From contig JBEIGW010000001.1 of NCBI GenBank assembly GCA_040381655.1, positions 1 to 37,312 on the forward strand: DNA of 37,312 bases. Reading direction: 5' to 3'. Each line of letters starts with the position of its first letter. Position 1 is the stretch's first letter. Below, in pieces: positions 34,208 through 37,312 of this stretch. The translations under genes were made by a program, and so were the position numbers. The notes under the pieces are model-generated. The model had not been told where the DNA came from and searched no databases. It worked only from the letters and a program-made list of their open reading frames with translations. The stretch is from Deltaproteobacteria bacterium. GTDB taxonomy: Bacteria > Bdellovibrionota_B > Oligoflexia > Oligoflexales > RGVZ01.

Positions 34208-35221
34208 GTGTCGTATAAGCTTCCAAAAGTAATGTTTCTATGGGTCGCTTTCCTGCCGGCTTCGGCTTGGGCTGTGTCAACCAATCTCGATTCAGGGCCT
34301 GATCAGCAGATGATTTTTTTGACGGTTGATAAGTCAAGAAGCCAGGCCGAACTCAAAACCCTTCCCGAGAATGGGCAGCCTTCTAAAATGTTGCGATCAT
34401 TTAAAATTGCGACGGGTAAAGTTGACGGGGATAAAGAACGACAGGGCGACAACAAAACCCCAGAAGGCATTTACTTCACCACCGGTACAATTCCATCATC
34501 CCAGTTGGCGCCCCAAAAGTATGGTCCACTCGCGATCCCTTTAAACTTTCCCAACCCGATGGATCAGGCTATTGGAAAAACGGGCTATGGCATTTGGTTA
34601 CACGGTGTGGGTGATCGCAGGATCGAAGATGCAAGGGTTACCGAGGGGTGTGTTGCCTTTCAAAATTCCGAGATAACAAGTCTAACCCGATGGCTGCAGC
34701 CAAAGCAGGGTGTAGTTGTTATTGCGCGGGATTCGTCCGAGGTGAATCGCTCTGAAGATGTTCAGGGCGTTTTCGAGGTGGCTAAAGGCTGGGTTGACGC
34801 CTGGCAAAATCGCGATATTGAACGGTACATTAGCTATTACTCGAAGGATTTTGATAGCCAGGGCAAGGATGTTGATCAGTACGAAGTATACAAACGTGCC
34901 GTATTTAAGTCTTACAAGAATATGGTCGTAAAAATGCTAGATATGCGAGTTGTCACGCATGCTAAGTATTCGATTGTAATGATGAACCAGTTTTTTTCGG
35001 GTGATAACCGATTTAAGTCGGATGGTCGAAAGATGATCTACCTAAAAAAAGAACAGGACGGCTCTTGGAAGATAGTTCGTGAGCTTTTTGATAATTTCTT
35101 GATGCGTCCCGTCCAATTTTCAAATGAGGATATTGCAGGCCTCAACAAAGGTGCCTCGCTTGTTGTGCCTGAGAAAAACACAGCAGTCAGTACTATGCCG
35201 GGCGATAGCCAGAGCTTGTAG
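34208..35221 (+). CDS. L,D-transpeptidase (YkuD) with a C-terminal NTF2/SnoaL-like domain
   Basis: 337 aa, GTG start, signal peptide ...PASAWA/VS. KTPEGIYF...YGIWLHGV...VTEGCVAF carries the His and Cys catalytic motif. The C-terminus WVDAWQNRDIERYISYYSKDF...DGSWKIVREL looks NTF2-like. Confidence 0.75.
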   Translation: MSYKLPKVMFLWVAFLPASAWAVSTNLDSGPDQQMIFLTVDKSRSQAELKTLPENGQPSKMLRSFKIATGKVDGDKERQGDNKTPEGIYFTTGTIPSSQLAPQKYGPLAIPLNFPNPMDQAIGKTGYGIWLHGVGDRRIEDARVTEGCVAFQNSEITSLTRWLQPKQGVVVIARDSSEVNRSEDVQGVFEVAKGWVDAWQNRDIERYISYYSKDFDSQGKDVDQYEVYKRAVFKSYKNMVVKMLDMRVVTHAKYSIVMMNQFFSGDNRFKSDGRKMIYLKKEQDGSWKIVRELFDNFLMRPVQFSNEDIAGLNKGASLVVPEKNTAVSTMPGDSQSL

Positions 35222-35332
35222 GCAGTTGTTTCTCCCTTAAAATCTCGGATCAAATTTAAAATTAGCAATCTATCGTTGCACTTTAGTGCTCTATCGAGGT
35301 AGCTTTCTACTAGTAATTTGGAGGGTTTAAAA

Positions 35333-36316
35333 TTGAATGCAATCAGAATATTCACGTTGGGCGTAGCGCTACTGTCAGCAACTGCTTTCGCAGAGGATCT
35401 CTTCACGCTAAATGGTAAATCGACCTCGGACAAGGATCTGACTCCTGCTCAGCAGCAGCAAATTTTTGAATTGAAGACACAGTACTATGAGCACATGAAC
35501 AGCCTGCTGGATAATATTCTATTCGAAAATCATGTGGCTGAGATGGCGAAGAAACAAAACAAAAATCCGGATGAAGTCGAAGATAAAATTCTGGCCGTGA
35601 AGGAGCCTTCTGACAAAGCGTTGAAGGCATTTTTTGAGGCCAACAAGAATCGTATTCCTCCTAATTTTAAATTCGAAGATGTGAAGGGAGAAATCGTTAA
35701 AGCGGTAAAACAAGAGGAGATGCGGAAAAAGAAAGACGAGATCGTATCAAAAATCAGACGCGATCAAAAATTTGCGATGAGCATGTCAAAACCAGAAGCT
35801 CCGGTATTTCAGATTCAGACCGAAGGTTTTCCTCGAAAAGGTAAAGACGATGCAAAAGTCACTATTGTGGAATTTGCAGACTATCAATGTCCCCATTGTA
35901 AGATCGCTTCTGAGAGCCTGAAGAAATTAACTGATAAATTCCGAAACAAAGTACGGTTGGTTTATTTGGATTATCCCATTAACCACTCAGGAGTTAGCCG
36001 AGCGGTGGCGGAAGCATCGCATTGTGCGGACGAGCAAGGGAAGTTTTGGGATTTCCACTACAAAGCATTTGAATCACAGGACAAGCTGGACAAGGATTCG
36101 CCACTAAAGTTGGCAAAAGATGTGAAACTTGATGAGGCGAAGTTTAAAGCATGTATGGATTTGGCAAAAGGCAAAGCTATGGTCGATAAGGCCTTTGCTG
36201 AGGGTGTTCGGATCGGCGTTAGTGGAACGCCCTATCTTGTCATAAACGGTCGTCGCTACCTTGGAGCGCACACAGTCGAAGCTCTTTCCAAGGAAGTGGA
36301 ATCCCAGCTCAAGTAA
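35333..36316 (+). CDS. Periplasmic DsbA-family thiol:disulfide oxidoreductase with an N-terminal helical extension
   Basis: I prefer the TTG at 35333 (GGAGGG 7 nt upstream; the ORF is open from 35318). Signal peptide ...LLSATAFA/ED. VTIVEFADYQCPHCK CxxC motif and GTPYLVING near the C-terminus. Confidence 0.8.
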   Translation: MNAIRIFTLGVALLSATAFAEDLFTLNGKSTSDKDLTPAQQQQIFELKTQYYEHMNSLLDNILFENHVAEMAKKQNKNPDEVEDKILAVKEPSDKALKAFFEANKNRIPPNFKFEDVKGEIVKAVKQEEMRKKKDEIVSKIRRDQKFAMSMSKPEAPVFQIQTEGFPRKGKDDAKVTIVEFADYQCPHCKIASESLKKLTDKFRNKVRLVYLDYPINHSGVSRAVAEASHCADEQGKFWDFHYKAFESQDKLDKDSPLKLAKDVKLDEAKFKACMDLAKGKAMVDKAFAEGVRIGVSGTPYLVINGRRYLGAHTVEALSKEVESQLK

Positions 36317-36353
36317 CCGGTAAGTTTTATATAGTTAGACTTGAACAATCGTG

Positions 36354-36385
36354 ACGGGGCAATTTTTGCCCCGTTAAGTATTTTT
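36354..36385 (+). terminator. Rho-independent terminator after the DsbA-like gene
   Basis: ACGGGGCAA (36354-36362), loop TTT, TTGCCCCGT (36366-36374), then TAAGTATTTTT. Confidence 0.6.
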
Positions 36386-36430
36386 ACATGTCACCGATCT
36401 CCTTCTTGTCTGAAAATGCGGGGAGTCGCT

Positions 36431-37312
36431 GTGACGTCTGGATTCAAAAATTTCATCATGTATATGACAGTCGGTGCCTGCTTTTACGCTGGCCGTGGTC
36501 ATGGCGCAGATGTGACTCGATTTGAGCGTGATATTGTGGCCGAGGCCCGAATGAAAGTGCAAAGCGTTTTGCAGAAGTTTTGCGCAGAAGCTTGTGAACT
36601 TATAGACATCGATGCAGATGCGGCTCAGATTTCCGGTGAATCAGAAGACTTGGGTTTTGAAAACGTGACAAATCCAACTGATGTCGGGGTCAAAATAAGC
36701 CGGATGGTCGTCGATATTCAGGTGGACGACCGGGTTGGAGGCGCTGATCAAGATCGCCTCGGCAAATTGATCGTCAATGCTTTACGTGGTCTTGGCGCTG
36801 TGCCATCGGTTCGATGGAGTAACGTGGCATTCCCGCAGATTGGTGTTTCTGCTGAGGTTGAGGATAGGCTGAAGCAAGAACTGCAACAACGAATACAGGG
36901 TTCAGTTCAGCAAATTATCGATGCTTATTGCCCTGGCGAATGCGTTTTAGCTAGTGTCACAGTTGACGGGAAGTTAGCATCCCCGGATGAGGTCAGGGGT
37001 GTTGCTGAACGGGAGTTGGTTCGCGAGCGGGGCGGTCGGGGTATTTTGAGAGTCCAAAATGTTGATATTGACCTGAGTGTGGACGACAAAGTCCCCGAAG
37101 ACACTCGTTCAAAAATCATGAACCTTATTAGAGCTAAGAGCCGGTTCGTTAGTCCTGTGAATGTCAATATCGTTCCAGTCGATTTCCCTGAGACATCCTC
37201 GAGCAGCGCTCAAAAAGATCCGTGGGGACTAGATCGTCTCCGCCAGACACTCCAAATTTTCCGAGATCTTGCCGGGACAAAAGAAATTATCACAAGTACC
37301 ACCCAAAATACG
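36431..37312 (+). CDS. Secreted hypothetical protein, 3'-truncated by the window edge, with two tandem CxxxC-containing modules of about 105 aa
   Basis: Not in the supplied ORF track because it has no stop. The frame is open for 294 codons from the GTG at 36431 (GGGGAG 5 nt upstream). Hydrophobic leader FKNFIMYMTVGACFYAGRGHGA. The internal duplication is described in the findings. Confidence 0.6.
   Translation, partial: MTSGFKNFIMYMTVGACFYAGRGHGADVTRFERDIVAEARMKVQSVLQKFCAEACELIDIDADAAQISGESEDLGFENVTNPTDVGVKISRMVVDIQVDDRVGGADQDRLGKLIVNALRGLGAVPSVRWSNVAFPQIGVSAEVEDRLKQELQQRIQGSVQQIIDAYCPGECVLASVTVDGKLASPDEVRGVAERELVRERGGRGILRVQNVDIDLSVDDKVPEDTRSKIMNLIRAKSRFVSPVNVNIVPVDFPETSSSSAQKDPWGLDRLRQTLQIFRDLAGTKEIITSTTQNT

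Noticed and set aside
1-37312. I looked for mobile elements, integrases, toxin-antitoxin pairs, restriction-modification or other defence genes, tRNA/rRNA genes and CRISPR arrays.
   Set aside because: No ORF shows transposase, integrase, nuclease or methylase motifs. No terminal inverted repeats or repeat-spacer arrays were seen. No intergenic region resembles a tRNA cloverleaf.

Overview
Gene-dense chromosomal window of about 50% G+C by eye, with about 31 protein genes. I found no rRNA, tRNA, CRISPR array, transposase or integrase. The gene content suggests a Bdellovibrionota/Myxococcota-type Gram-negative organism, but this is inference only. It rests on an Agl/Glt-like gliding locus, an AgmX/PglI-type TonB-like C-terminal domain and a myxo-type small OM barrel. 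Main blocks: (1) 195-2966 (-): eukaryote-type NADP isocitrate dehydrogenase, then a receiver-like/GHKL-ATPase protein co-transcribed with an orphan NuoB-like Fe-S protein. (2) 3182-14098 (+): one tightly coupled operon encoding a MotA/TolQ/ExbB channel, two ExbD/TolR proteins, a small OM beta-barrel, three TPR proteins and an FHA-TM-Pro-rich-Gly-rich-TonB_C-like protein, i.e. an Agl/Glt-like envelope-spanning motor. (3) surE, an nlpD-like gene, a 146-aa orphan and apaG. (4) 17313-23274 (-): a self-contained type II FAS/PKS-like operon. It encodes KR, an elongated ACP, a double hot-dog dehydratase, a KS, a KS-like partner with all three catalytic residues replaced, and a terminal thioester/fatty-acyl reductase. 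It is bounded by an anomalously AT-rich leader and a strong terminator. I consider this the best candidate for an undescribed system. (5) fabI and a 964-aa secreted HExxH...E (gluzincin-like) protein fused to a C-terminal OM beta-barrel. (6) Housekeeping and envelope genes: dus, sthA, yciB-like, a ParA/MinD-type ATPase plus a J-like/RodZ-HTH protein, rluD, an L,D-transpeptidase, a DsbA-like protein, and a 3'-truncated secreted protein with an internal duplicated CxxxC module. All domain calls come from motif recognition by eye; no searches were run.
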